Assembly (NCBI RefSeq): GCF_963921235.1
Contig: NC_086109.1
Location: 26,476,001 to 26,540,000, forward strand
Length of the DNA: 64,000 bases
Source of the DNA: Mobula hypostoma
Lineage: Eukaryota
Direction of reading: 5' to 3'
A program made the translations under genes and the position numbers. The notes beneath the pieces were generated by a model, which saw nothing but the letters and a program-made list of their open reading frames with translations, was not told the DNA's origin and searched no databases. Below, piece after piece: positions 39,603 through 52,412 of this stretch. Position 1 is the stretch's first letter, and each line of letters begins with the position of its first letter.

Positions 39603-39970
39603 ACACACAAAGCTCTTGTTTCTGATTAACTGTCTTACTAAGGACAACAAACAAAAACTGGGAAGAACCCCATGGATCAGGCAGCACCTTTAGTGCATTA
39701 AGTAACATCTCCATCCCTTCTCCTTACCTCTTTATATTGGCATTCTCACCTCTCCAGTCCAGATAGAAGGTTCATTTTTTTCCACAGATTCTGACTGACC
39801 TCCTGAATTCCTACAACTTCATGCGTGTTGCTTCACGCTCCAGCATCCAACATTTATAACTGTATCATGATCAGCAACTTTTGATGTTACTTTTAAAGGG
39901 ACATATTTTTGGATGAGTTTGGTGTAAATTGTGGCTGGCGTTGGATAACCCCTCCTTTCCGATAATGTGA

Positions 39971-40129
<159 letters not shown>

Positions 40130-40176
40130 TAAGGTCATTTTCTATTCAGAGCTGTGAAAGTAAAAGGCACAGTTAA

Positions 40177-40640
40177 CAGTGGCCAAACATTTTAGTTCCA
40201 ATTCCCATTCCTGTTCCAACTTGAAAGTCCATGGCCTCCTCTTGTGTCATGATGAGGCCACCCTCAGGGCAAAGAAGGAGGAGCACCTTAAATTCCACCT
40301 GGATAGCCTCCAACTTGATGGCATGAATATTGATTTCTCCTTCTGGTAAAAGAAAACTACTCCCCCTCCCCTCTTCTTCTAATCCCCAGTCTGACCTCCT
40401 ATCATCTCCTCCTAGGTCTCTGCTATCCACCTGGCTTCACCCACCACCTTCTAGCTATCCTTATCCCCACATTTTTATTCTGGCTTTTTTCCTCTCTGTC
40501 TCCACTCCTGACGAAGGGACTCGGCCAGCAATGTCATCTGTTTATTCATTTCCATAGATGTTGCCTGACCTGCTGAGTTCCTCCAGCATTTTGTGTGTGT
40601 TGCTTTCGATTCTGCTTCTGCAGAATTTCTCATGTTTATT
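40177..40640 (+). mobile_element. Penelope-like 3' fragment: GIY-YIG C-terminus plus UTR and degenerate hammerhead
   Basis: Translates VAKHFSSNSHSCSNLKVHGLLLCHDEATLRAKKEEHLKFHLDSLQLDGMNIDFSFW*, homologous to the end of the 53642-55600 ORF; followed by cctgacgaagggactcggcc and the common tail. Confidence 0.88.
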
Positions 40641-41387
40641 AAAAATGTTGTGTCTCCTAAATCCTAATGGTGGGCACAATTTCATTTTTAATACTGAACA
40701 ATAGCAGAATAAGGCATGGAATTCGTATGATTTTGACAAATACACCTTTAGAAAACTTGAAAGGTTTATCCTGCCTTCATTGTCAGATGATATTCCTGTG
40801 ATTTCAAAACTATGTTACACTAACATGTTTTCCAAATGGATGGAAAGATTTTTAAAAGTATGGTATTAACTGCTTTTACTATTGAGTTGGAAATGAAAGT
40901 TATTGTAGGTGCACTATTATATAGAGTAGAAATAATACAGCTGTATTAGGCTTTCTTAGTGGTGACTGAGCTGGGGCTATTGCACCATAATGACACCAAG
41001 TGATAAGGTCAAATTAGTTGCCACATTCTTTAACTTATCATGTGTGGAAGTCGTTCATATGGCAAAGGAGAGCTAGTGAGTAGAGGTGAATAACTTGGGT
41101 GAGCTTCATCAGAAGATTTTAGGTGCAATGGTATATCCTCTAGTAACTGTTCTTCTGAATGCTGGGTATGGCAAACAACCAATTTCATTTCTTTCATTGG
41201 AATATTTTATGGTAGAACTAAAAGGAAAAAAACTCTGGAGAGAAAGACATGTCTAAGGAATAAAAATTATTTTTTCTGTATATCTTTATTCTGAAATTTA
41301 TGATTTAGCTTAGTTAACATAAATGTATTATGACTGATGCTTTGGACAAAACTCCTTACTTTGTGTTACTGTTTTCCCTTTTCAAAG

Positions 41388-41454
41388 AGGATGTTTACCT
41401 GCTCAACACCAATGACAAATCACCTGTGTTTTATGGGGTCTTCACATCTTCCAG
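41388..41454 (+). CDS. SEMA3D-like: Semaphorin-3 exon: (Q)DVYLLNTNDKSPVFYGVFTSS
   Basis: Acceptor gttttcccttttcaaag, donor gtaaag; 67 nt, phase 1 to 2. Confidence 0.92.
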
Positions 41455-41506
41455 GTAAAGGCAAATATTTGTGTTCATAAATAGCAATTTTGATTATTAA
41501 TACATG

Positions 41507-42200
41507 TGTAGCCCCCCTGGCCAACCTCAGGGTCGCTCGGCTCGCTGTCGCCTAGGGAAACAGCCCTCGGCCTTGCCAAACTGGGTAATTAGTTTGTGTG
41601 GATGCTGTGTGGTGTACCCCACCCCGCCCAAATAACAGACAATACACCAGATACAATTAAATGATTTACAGTTTATAGATATTACTGGAACTATATAATT
41701 AATAGCGAATAAAATATAACAGGAAAATAAAAGGGCCACACTTATCAAAGTTCAATCTCTTCATGCACAAACAGTTGGACCTCAGGACCCTTCTTCTTCA
41801 CCCTGCGACCCCTCGGACCACCTCAACCGGCTGCCTGGGACCAACAACGGTGGTCGACCAGACGCTCCACACGTATCCGTCTCCGTCTCCTCGCCGAACG
41901 CCCCCCTCGGGGTCCAACCCCGTTAGCGGACATCACAGCACTTGGTCGATACTCTGTCTCTCTCTCCCGCCTTCTGCCCCCAAGCCCCGCGCATACAAAT
42001 CTTCCAGATACACCAAAATCATAACAACTATCCCAATTGGTTCGTAACATCTTCTTATCACCGCCTAACCCAAAACAAGCTGCTAGGGCAAAAACTTTCT
42101 CAGCGTTTAACATAACGAAGAAGCATTCCCAAGTGTAACATAACAAAGAAGCCATTTTAATTAGCCTACGCAGTAACATAAGAGACAAACCCCCCTTACA
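41507..42200. mobile_element. Solo LTR (Gypsy-like)
   Basis: TGTAG...TTACA ends; 4-bp flanks CATG/TATG (one mismatch); CpG-rich block within AT-rich intron. Confidence 0.7.
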
Positions 42201-42562
42201 TATGGGATTGATAAAATTTGGTCCACCCACGGACATTAATTAAATATAACATTATTGTTGAATATAAAATCCAGAATTTTATTTAAAATTGTTCATTCAT
42301 TTGTACTTTCTGTGCATCATTTATTTGTCTTTTTATTCTTATACTGAAAAATCCTAACACAACATTTCAGTAGATCAATATCTGGATATTGCATTTCTTC
42401 AAAAGAAATATCAGCATTCACATTCTGTTCATTACCTCTTTCACTGTACAAGACATCAAAAATGAACAGCTGAGATAAAATGACAACCATCGAACTTTGT
42501 TAGTTAACTTTTGGAGGTTGTAATTGAAAGTGTTACTTCAAGAACCTTTATTTCTCTCTCAG

Positions 42563-42707
42563 TTCTGTTTTCAGTGGCTCGGCTGTTTGTGCATACAGCT
42601 TAGCTGACATTCGTGCTGCATTTAATGGACCTTTCACACATAAAGACAGTCCTGACCACCACTGGGTGGAATACCAGGGGAAGATTCCTTATCCCAGACC
42701 TGGGACA
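42563..42707 (+). CDS. SEMA3D-like: Semaphorin-3 exon: (S)[48 protein letters not shown]
   Basis: Acceptor tttctctctcag, donor gtaagt; 145 nt; GSAVC and PYPRPGT motifs. Confidence 0.96.
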
Positions 42708-43057
42708 GTAAGTATGATTCACTTACCGTTAGAGCAGGGAATAGATAACACATTGATTATGTTCCAAAAACAAAAAAAAACTGCTAAAATCATAACGCTG
42801 AAATCATAAAAGGAAACTACTTAGCAGGTCAGGCAGCACTTGTGGAGGGAGAAAAAGCATTAACATTTCTTGTCAAAGAACAATTGTCTGTACCTTTCAA
42901 TGGTTCACTGTCTGAACCAGTAGATGGCTTTCTTAGCCAGATCCAGGAGCAGTCCCTTGACCTTCCCATCCACCTTTGCACTGCATGTTCAAAGGTCAAG
43001 AGTGTGGGACTAGAATCGAGCCAGAAATTGAGGAGCTGCCCCTTCAGCTATGGAAGG

Positions 43058-43290
43058 CTACAGAGCATTGGTTAGTATATTGCTGTTATAGTGCCAGTGA
43101 CCTGCGTTCAGCTCCATCACTGTCTCTAAGGACTTTGTACATTTTCCCCATGACCATGTGGATTTCCTCTGGGTGCTTTGGTTTCCTCCCGCATTCGAGT
43201 TAGTACATTGTTTGGGTGTAATTAGGTGGTGTAGGGTAACTGAGATAGAAAGGCCTGTCAGAGTGCTGTATCTCTAATTAAATTAAATTT
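43058..43290 (+). mobile_element. V-SINE copy
   Basis: tRNA-like head, then tttgtacattttccccatgaccatgtggatttcctctgggtgctttggtttcctccc; tail gtgctgtatctctaattaaatt. Confidence 0.65.
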
Positions 43291-43446
43291 TAAAATAGAT
43301 CTCAAAACAGTTGACAATGTATACAGTAAATACAATTGGTGTGCATCTTTTTCTACATTCATTGTGCATCATTTCAATGCATTCTCTTACAATGCACCAA
43401 TACCACTCATCCTTCCTCCTCACCAATGCACCTGTGCAGTGTTTGG

Positions 43447-44224
43447 TGTTACAAGCCCACAGGTCTTGTTTACTGTGGACTGTTGCTTTAAGCGCCTGAG
43501 TGAGGCAGGACTATGACGTCAGTCAAAGGCTGCTGCAAACTTAAACTCATATACAGAGAGCGACCTTCAGTTGAGAGAGAGAGAGAGAGACTGGGGAAGC
43601 CAGTAGCTTCAGCTTGTTGCAGCTGGGACTTGGAACCCTCTTATGTCCACAAGGGTGGGTTAAACATCAGCAAGCAGTGCATAACGAATGTGTGACTGTC
43701 ACTTCGTACAATCCATAGGAGTGGATTTTAGGTTATCTTGTGGGACCACTTTTGTAGCCCTTGCCTGGATATGTTGTGTGGTAACCACTGGAAGATGATA
43801 TTCCCGTGACAGGTCTCTTTCGGTGATAATTCGTATGTGGATTTGGAACGGCACGACAGACAAGATCTAGGCGATTGTTATTTCCTTTTACCATCGTGGA
43901 ATCTGTAGAATACTTCATATCTACCTTTCCTCTACATCTTACCTTGGATTACAAAAATCTCTCTTCCATCATTTATCTTGTGGATTGCTGAACTTTCCTA
44001 CTTTACCACGTCAAGACTCTAAGCCTTATTCCCCCAAGCTCAATAGTTTGGGAGTTATATTTACAGACATATAAACACATAATACTGTTAGCTTTTGTTT
44101 ATCTTGGTTGAGTTACTATATTATAAGTAGATACTAATATAGATAGTGGTTTTAATATCAAAACCAGACTCCATGTGTAATCTGTTGCTGCTGGTTCATT
44201 TCTGAAACTTCACATTTCATGACA
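43447..44224. mobile_element. Solo LTR (Gypsy-like)
   Basis: TGTTAC...ATGACA ends; perfect 4-bp TSD TTGG at 43443-43446 and 44225-44228. Confidence 0.75.
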
Positions 44225-44731
44225 TTGGACTCAGCCCCTCAACGTACAGTGGCAATGGAACATTTGACTCTGATCCTACCCCACAAAACCTGTGCAGAAG
44301 GTTAGGATGGTCAAATTGGACCAGCTGGTCCAAAGAGCCTGCCTCCATGTTATACAGCACTATGACTCTCTGACAAAGGGTGGACCAAGCTTTGAACACA
44401 TCCCTGAGCACACATTCTTATGTCTTTGAATTTGCCAGTTAGCAGCAGTCACTTGTGAATGTTGTACATCGGAAGACCAAGTTTTGGGAAGAAGCAATGG
44501 ACATAAACTATTCTAAGATGAAAAAATTACGATAAATACTAGATATGCAAGGATGTTTGACATTTGTTCACAATGGATACTCATTGTAATATATAGCTAG
44601 GTTTGGTAAATAGAACTGAAATAATAATCTGTATACAATGGAAAAGTAATCCGTGCTCTCAGTAAACGTAGTGGCATTTAAATTTATTTTTATTTTTTAA
44701 TTGTATAAAATATTGTTGCTTGCTTTTTTAG

Positions 44732-44954
44732 TGTCCCAGTAAAACATTTGACTCCACAATTGAGTCTACCAAGGATTTTTCAGATGATGTCATCAGCTTC
44801 ATTAAGAATCACCCAATGATGTACAAGGCTGTTTATCCAATAAACAAGAGGCCTGTTTTCATTCAAGTAAACACTGGTTACAGAATTACACAGCTTGTGG
44901 TTGACCGTGTCAATGCAAAGGATGGACAATATGCTGTTCTATTTTTGGGCACAG
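44732..44954 (+). CDS. SEMA3D-like: Semaphorin-3 exon: [74 protein letters not shown]
   Basis: Acceptor ttgcttttttag, donor gtacat; 223 nt. Confidence 0.96.
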
Positions 44955-45034
44955 GTACATACGATCCTCATTTCATATGAAAACCATTTAAAATATATGC
45001 AATTATATAATACACAGTCTTCATATGTTTCCAG

Positions 45035-45123
45035 ATGTGGGGTCAGTAATAAAAGCTTTGAGTATTACGAAGGATAACTTGAATGTAGAAGAAATTGCTC
45101 TGGAAGAATTGCAGGTGTTCGAG
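45035..45123 (+). CDS. SEMA3D-like: Semaphorin-3 exon: (D)VGSVIKALSITKDNLNVEEIALEELQVFE
   Basis: Acceptor tgtttccag, donor gtacag; 89 nt; LEELQVF motif; follows an 80-nt intron. Confidence 0.94.
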
Positions 45124-45409
45124 GTACAGAAAATTATGTTCTATAATCTGATTTGGAACTGAAAAAAGTTATCTTTTTGAAGTTGACCTCGCGAGTGCGT
45201 ATTTACACTATAATCGTTCACATTGATATTAATCATATTAATTTTGCAACATTAAACATCTTTATGTTTATGAATTCATGTAAAATAATATTCATTGATA
45301 TCATATCAGACAAGCTCTGAATCAGACAATGCATGTCAGAGGTGAGTAAAAAATGACGATCGAGATTTTACAGGTAGAGTTTCGCTGCAGTTTCCCTGAG
45401 TTGAGGACC

Positions 45410-48400
45410 AGCCAATCAGGGAGAGGGATTCAGTAGAAAGGGCCAATAAAAATAATTCAAGTGCAAGCAGAGCAACCGTTCTTGTGAGTGTGCCAGTGTT
45501 TAGCGTGACTGGCACATCAGGCTTAAGCGAGATCAGGATTGGGCGAGTTAAAGTATCTTGGAAGTTACTCTCTCTGTGTTCTTATTTGTTCATTCCTCAT
45601 CTATTAGGGCACAGTAGTTCAGTAAGAATGGCTGCAGGGGCAGTGTTTTTTACTCTGTGTGAGATGTGGGAAGTCTCCATTCTCCCAGATAAACACATCT
45701 GCACCAAGAGCGCCAAGGTGCACCTCCTGAGAGAACATATTAAGGAACGAGCTGCAGCTCAGTAACCTTTGACTCATACAGAAGAACGAGGAAGTGATGG
45801 ATGGGCGTTACAGGGAGGTAGTCACCGCTAGATTGCAGGAGACAGGTAACTGGGTGCCTGTCAGGAGAAGAAGGGGACATCAGCCAGTGCAGAGTACACT
45901 TGTGGCCATTCCCCTCAATAATAGGTATACAATTTTAGATACTATTGAACAGGACAAGCTACGGCGGGTGGGGGGGGGGAAGTCACAGAGGGTCTCTGAC
46001 ACTGAGTCTGGTGCTCTGGCTCAGAAGAGGAGAAATGTGAAGAGGAATGAAGTGTTGACAGGAGATTCTTTAGTCAGCGGAATGGAGACGAGGTACTGTG
46101 GGCATAGCAGAGACAACTGGATGGTTTTTTGCCTCCCTGATGCCAAGATCAGGAATGTCTCGGATTGTGGTGAGGGTTTTGCAGCTAGAAGTCTTGGTAC
46201 ACGTTGGCACCAATGACATAGGTAGACAAGGAGAGGAGGTCCTGAAGATTTTAGGGGACTAGGTGGAAAGCTGAGAAACAGGATCTCCAGAATAGTAAGC
46301 TCTGGTTTGCTGCCTGTGCCACGTGCCAGTGAGAGTAAGATAAGGATGATTGGCAGGTGAATGCGTGGCTGAGGAACTGGTGCAGGGGGCAGGGGTTCAG
46401 ATTTATGGATCATTGGGATCTCTTCTGGGGAAGGTATGACTCGTACAAAAGGGACGGGTTACACCTGAACCTGAGGGGTCCAATATCCTTGTGGGCAGGT
46501 TGACTAGAGTTATTCAGGTGGGTTTAAACTAATTTGGCAGGGGGATCGGAACAAGAGTGACAGTGCTGAAGATAAGGTGGTTGGTTTACAAACAATGTGT
46601 AGCGAGACTCCTAGCAAGGAGAGGCTGATGATAGAGCAAAATTGCAGTCAACAAGATGAGTTGCAACGTAAAAGGTGGACAAAATTTTAAAAGGGTTTCT
46701 ACAGGACTGAAGGTGTTATATTTGAATGCGCAGAGTATGCAGAACAATGTTATTTAACTTGTAGCACAGTTATAGATGTATGATATTCTAGTCATCACTG
46801 AATCATGGCTGAAAGACGATTATAGCAGGGAGCTTAATGTCCGAGGATGCACATTGTATCGAAAGGACAGGCAGGAAAGAGAGGGGGTGGTATTGCTTTG
46901 TTAGGAGAAAATGAAATCAAATCATTAGAGAGAAGTGACAAAGGGTCAGAAGGTGTTGATTCTTTGTGGATAAAGCTAAGAAACTGCAAGGATAAAAAGA
47001 CCCTGATGGGAGTTATATACAGACCCTCAGGCAGCAGTAAAGATGTGATCTACAAGTTACAATGGGAGATAGAAAATGCATGCTGAAAGGACAATATTAC
47101 AATAGTCATGGGGGATTTCAATATGTAGGTAGTTTGGGAAAATTAGATTGGTGCTAGATTCCAAGAGGGGGAATTTCTAGAGTGCCTATGAAGTGGTTTT
47201 TTAGAGCAGCTTGTGGTTGAGTCCACTAGAGAATCAACTATTCTGGATTGAGTGTTGTGCAATGAACCAAAATTGATTAGAGAGCTTAAGGTAAAAGAAC
47301 TCTTAGGAGTAGTGATCATAATATGATTGAATTCACCCTGAAATTTGAGAAGGAGAAGCTAAAGTTAGATGTATCAGCATGAGAGAGGAGTTAGCCAGAA
47401 TTGATTGGAAAAGAACACTGGCAGGGATGATGGCAAAGCAGCAATTGATGGATTTTCTGGAAGCAATACAGAAAGCACAGGATACATACATCCCAAAGAG
47501 GAAGAAGTATTCTAAAGGAAAGTTGAGACAACTGTAGCTAACAGGAGAAGTCAAAGCCAACATAAAAGCCCAAGTGAGGGCAAAAATTAGAGTATTGGGA
47601 AGCTTTTAAATACCAACAGAAGGCAACTAAAACAGTCATTAAGAAGGTAAACATAGAATGTGAAAGTAAGCTAGCCAATAGTATTAAATAGGGTACCAAA
47701 ATTTCTTCAGATACATAACATGTGAAAAAGAGGCGAGAGTGGAGATTGGGCCACTGGAAAATGATGCTGGAGAGGTAGTAATGGGGGACAAGAAAATGGC
47801 CAATGAACTAAATAAGTACTTTTCATCAGTCTTCACTGTGGAAGACATTAGCAGTATGGTGGAAGTTCCAGGTGTCAAGATTCATGAAATGTGTGAAGTT
47901 ACCTTTACTAGGGAGAAGGTTCTTGGGAAACTGATAGGTCTGAAGGTAGATAAGTCACCTGGACCAGATGGTGAACACCCCAGGATTCTGAATGAGAAGG
48001 CTGAAGAGGTTGTGGAGGCATTAGAGATTATCTTTCAAGAATCTCTAGATTCTGGAATGGTTCTGGAAGACAGGAAAATTACAAATGCCATTCCACTCTT
48101 CAAGAAGGCAGAGAGACAGATGGAAACTATAGGGCAGTTAGTCTGACCGCAGTGGTTGGGAAGATGCCACAGCTGATTGTTAAGGGCATAGTTTTAGGGG
48201 TACTTGGAGACAGACGATAAAAAAGTCCGTAGTCAACATGGTTTCCTCAAAGGAACATCTTGCCTGACAAATTTGTTAGAATTCTTTGAGGAAATAACAA
48301 ACAGGATTGATAAAGGAGAATTGATTGATGTTGTGTACTTGGATTTTCAGGAGACGTTTGACAGGGTGCCACATACGAGGCTGCTTAACAGACTACAACC

Positions 48401-49515
48401 CCATAGTATTACAGTAAGGATTCTAGTATGGATAAAGCAGTGGCTGATTGGCAGGAGGCAAAGAGTGAGAATAAAGGGAGCCTTTTCTGACAGACTGCCA
48501 GTAACTTGAGGTGTTCCACAGAGGTCTGTGTTGGGACTGATTCTTTTTACATTATATGTCAATGATTTGGAAGATGGAATTGATGGTTTTGTTGCAAAGT
48601 TTGCAGATAATACGAAGATAGATGGAGGGGTAGGTAGTTTTGAGGAAGTAGACAGGCTACAGAAGGATTTAGACAGATTAGGAGAATGGGCAAAGAAATG
48701 GCAGATGGAATACAGTGTCAGTAAGTTTATGGTCTTGCCCTTTGGTAGAAGAAATGAAAGGGTTGACTATTTTCTAAATGGGGAGAAAATACAATAAACT
48801 GAGTTGCAAAGGGACTTGGGAGTCCTTGTGCATGATTCCCTAAAGGTTGAGTCTGTGGTAAGGAAGGCAAATGCGATGTTAGCATTCAATTCAAGAAGGC
48901 TGAATATAAAAGCAAGGATGTAATATTAAGACTTTATAAAGCACTGATGAGGCCTCACTGAGTATTGTGAGCAGTTTTGGGCTCCTTATCATAGAAGGAT
49001 GTACTGAAACTGGAGAGGGTTCAAAGGAGGTTTACAAAAATGACTCCAGGATTGAATGGTTTGTTACATAAAGAGTGTTTGATGGCTCTGGGCCTGTATT
49101 CACTAGAATTCAGAAAAATGAGGGATAACCTTATTGAAGCCTTACAAATGGTGAAAAGCCTTGATAGAGTGGATGTGGAGAGGAAGTTTCCCATGGTGGG
49201 AGTGTCTAAGACCAGAGGACATAACCTCAGAATACAGGGGCGTCCTTTTAGAACAGAGATGAGGAACAATTTCTTTAGCCCAAAAGTGGTGAATCTCTGG
49301 AATTCTTTGTCATGCAGCTGTGGAGGCCACGTCTTTATGTGCATTTAAGATAGAGGTTAATAGATTCCTGATTAGTCAGGGCATGAAGGAATATGGAGGA
49401 AGGCAGGAAATTGGGGCTGAGAGGAAAAATGGATCAGCCATAATGAAATGGTACAGCAGACTTGATGGGCCAAATGGCAGAATTCTGCTCCTATATCTAA
49501 TGGTCTATGGTCTTC
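45410..49515 (+). mobile_element. Near full-length degenerate CR1 LINE (ORF1 zinc-finger/esterase; ORF2 APE endonuclease plus RT)
   Basis: ORF1 remnants CEMWEV..HICTK and GDSLV; endonuclease remnants (GVIYRP, MGDFN); RT remnants KSPGPDG, QHGFLKG, KFADN; many stops and frameshifts; tail tatggtct. Confidence 0.9.
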
Positions 49516-50419
49516 TATTCAATAAGTATAATGATAATTCATTGAATATTGATCCAATGAATATTACATTGTAATTGTTAAAAAAGAAACACATTTCCAA
49601 ACAATTTGTTACTTGATTACTTCTATAGACCAATGAAACTTGCCATGCATGTTGAAAAGGTGTAGACAATCATGTTGCAAGATAAGAGGTCCATCATTTA
49701 TAACTGAAATGAAGAAAGATTAATCTTTTATTCAAAACATTGTAAATCTAAGGAATTCTTGACCCCAGGAGAAACTATGGCTGCTCAATTTTAAGACTTC
49801 AATCAAAACTGAAATTGTTAGATTTTTTGGTTATTGGTGCTTTTTTGGGAAAATGGCAAGTTGGACCAGACATGTAGGGACACTCACAATCTTAGTTAGT
49901 GATAGAGGAGCCTTGAAGGGCTTCCTGAACTACTTCTGTTTCTGTACCATTCTGTCATAACCTCCTCTTGCTTCTTGTCATTTAAAAATGGATGTTTGCC
50001 AATAAATTGCTTCAAAGTGGCTTTAATCAACACAGTTTTAAAAAAGCACCCTATGATTTCCAACTCAGATATCTAAATCTCGAAAGTTAAATGATAAGAA
50101 GTTAGCGGACTTTGGAACCTATATAGAATAAAATAAATGTGCAGCAATTGAGGAGGTGACATCTACTGCTGAGTTACTCATCATCAAGCAAATCGAAAGC
50201 TGGCTTTAAAACAAATGAAGATATTTTAACAGCATTAATACAGCATTGGTTGGATGATGATATCCATTCTTCTAGCATTTTCTGTAGCAAGAGTTTAGAA
50301 TTCCCAGGCTCTACTGCAGATGAAAACTGGATTTCCTGATTAAGGAATAATCATTCTGAAGTAAATCAGTCATAAAGTACAATCCTGCGGTGACTTACCT
50401 TGAATAACGTTGATAAATT

Positions 50420-51740
50420 ATTAATCCGTTCAGAGTGAGGTGGTGAATTTTGTGAAGTCAAATAGGAGAGAACATATACTACAAAATCATAGGGTACTGG
50501 AGAATATTGATAAACTGAGGGATCTCAGCTCCCTAAAAGTGACAACAGAGGTTGATAGGGTGGTAAAGAAGCAATATGGTAAGTCAGGACATAAAATATA
50601 AAAGTTGGTATGTTACATTGCCACTTTACAAAATACTGCTTAGGTCACTACTGTGTGCACTTTTGGTCACCACACTATAGGAGAACATGGTTAGGCAGGA
50701 GAGATTTTAGAAGAGGTTCACAATGGTAACACCAGTATTGGAGAATTTGGGTTATGACCAGAGTTTGGATGGGCTGGATTTGTTTACAGGCAGGGGGTTC
50801 CCAACCTGGGGTCCACATTTAATGGTATTGGTCCATGGTATAACAAACTTTGGGAAGCCCTGCCCTAGAGCAAGGAAGGTGAAGGGTCACCTAGTAAGAA
50901 CAAGACCATAAGATATAGGAGCAGAATTAGGCCATTTGGCCCGTTGTACCTGCTCTACCATTTCATCATGGATGATCCAATTTTTCTCTCAGACCGAGTC
51001 TCCTGCCTTCTCCCTTTATCCCTCATTCCCTGACCAATCAAGAATCTATCCACCTCTGCCTTAAATATACATGAAGACTTTGTGTCCACAGCTACCTGTG
51101 GCAAAGAATTCCACAAATTCACCACTCTCTGACTAAAGAAAGACCTTCTCATCTCCATTTTAAAAGTATGCCCCACTATTCTGAGGCTGTGTCCTCCCAC
51201 CATAGGAAACATCCTCTCCACATCCACTTTATCAAAGCCTTTCAGCATTCAATACGTTCCAATGAGGTCACTCTTCATTCTTCTGAATTCTAGTGAATAC
51301 AGGCCCAGAGCCATCAAATGCTCTTCGTAACACAAGCCATTCAATCCTGGAATCACTCAATCTTGGAATCATAATAGTGGTATATAAAATGATGAGAAGC
51401 ATATATTGGGAATAAATGGTCAGAATATCTTTCCGTGGTGGGGTATCTAAAATAAGGGGGCATGGATTTAATGTGAGAGGCATGAGTTACAAAGGGGATC
51501 AGACGAGAAAGTTTTTTTTACACAGAGAGGAGATGATAACTGAAACATACTGACAGAGAAGCTGATAGAAGCAAAGATATATTACTGCACCTAAGAGGCA
51601 TCCAGACAAGATCTTGAATAGGATTGCAAAGAAGAATATTGATCTAATAGAGGCAAGTTGGATTAATGGAGTCAGCCTAAGTGTGGTGGGTTAAAGGATG
51701 ACTTTTTGCTCCAAGGCAATGAGTCTATGACTTCATGGCT
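50420..51740 (+). mobile_element. Old CR1 3' fragment carrying a younger minus-strand CR1 3' end (about 50902-51357)
   Basis: Degenerate YCV.FWSPHYR on the plus strand; ORF 50955..51248 KGFDKVDVERMFP...FFSQRVVNLWNSLP on the minus strand with tail agaccataagatataggagc. Confidence 0.75.
50791..50862. mobile_element. hAT MITE of the same family, inside an old CR1
   Basis: cagggggttcccaacct...ttgggaagccctg; internal ggtccatggtataa matches the 2865 copy in reverse orientation. Confidence 0.7.
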
Positions 51741-52370
51741 CTAGTAGGTAAGGTTTTGTCAAAAAAGTACAGAACATTGTTCAGTTCTGGAATTTCATGA
51801 CAGATAGCTATCTGAAATCTTAACATAAGTCTGCAGGCACTGAATATCTAAAATCAAATTAGAAAATATTAAAAAATGCTCACCAGTTCCAGCTGGAGAG
51901 AGAAATAGGGCTAACTTTTTGGGTTGATAAACTTTCATCAGAACTGGCAAAAGTTAGGGCTAAAATGTTGTAAGTGGCAGGGAATATGAATGTTAGAAAC
52001 AATGAGGTGTGGAGAGAAGCAAAGGGGATGTCTTTGGTCGGATGGATAACGCAAGTGGTGGTATTCCCAGCTGAAGGAAAATGGTGAAAAGAATTGTCTG
52101 TCAGAAGCAAAGTTTGACTTGGTGACCAGTTAAATATGCACCCTTAAGATTATAAACAATGAATATGGAACAGAGCTATATTTGATGGCAATTTACACTT
52201 TTTTATTTTGCTGACATACTGGTAATTAAATATTTAACAATAATCACAATCATTGGAAAGCGATAAATAAAGTAATCATTGAGTTATTGACACCAAATTT
52301 CTTCCTTTGTTTCATGTTTGTGCAATGAGTTACTAAAATGTCATAACTTATACTGTTTTTATTTTATTAG

Positions 52371-52412
52371 GAATCAACTCCAATATTAACAATGGAACTT
52401 TCTTCAAAGCAG
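52371..52412 (+). CDS. SEMA3D-like: Semaphorin-3 small exon: ESTPILTMELSSKQ
   Basis: Acceptor tgtttttattttattag, donor gtaaac; 42 nt, phase 0 to 0; MELS.KQ motif. Confidence 0.9.

Noticed and set aside
51900..51950. Minus-strand CUGAUGA hammerhead-like word
   Set aside because: GAAA and the cleavage triplet are lost; at most an old Penelope-like relic.
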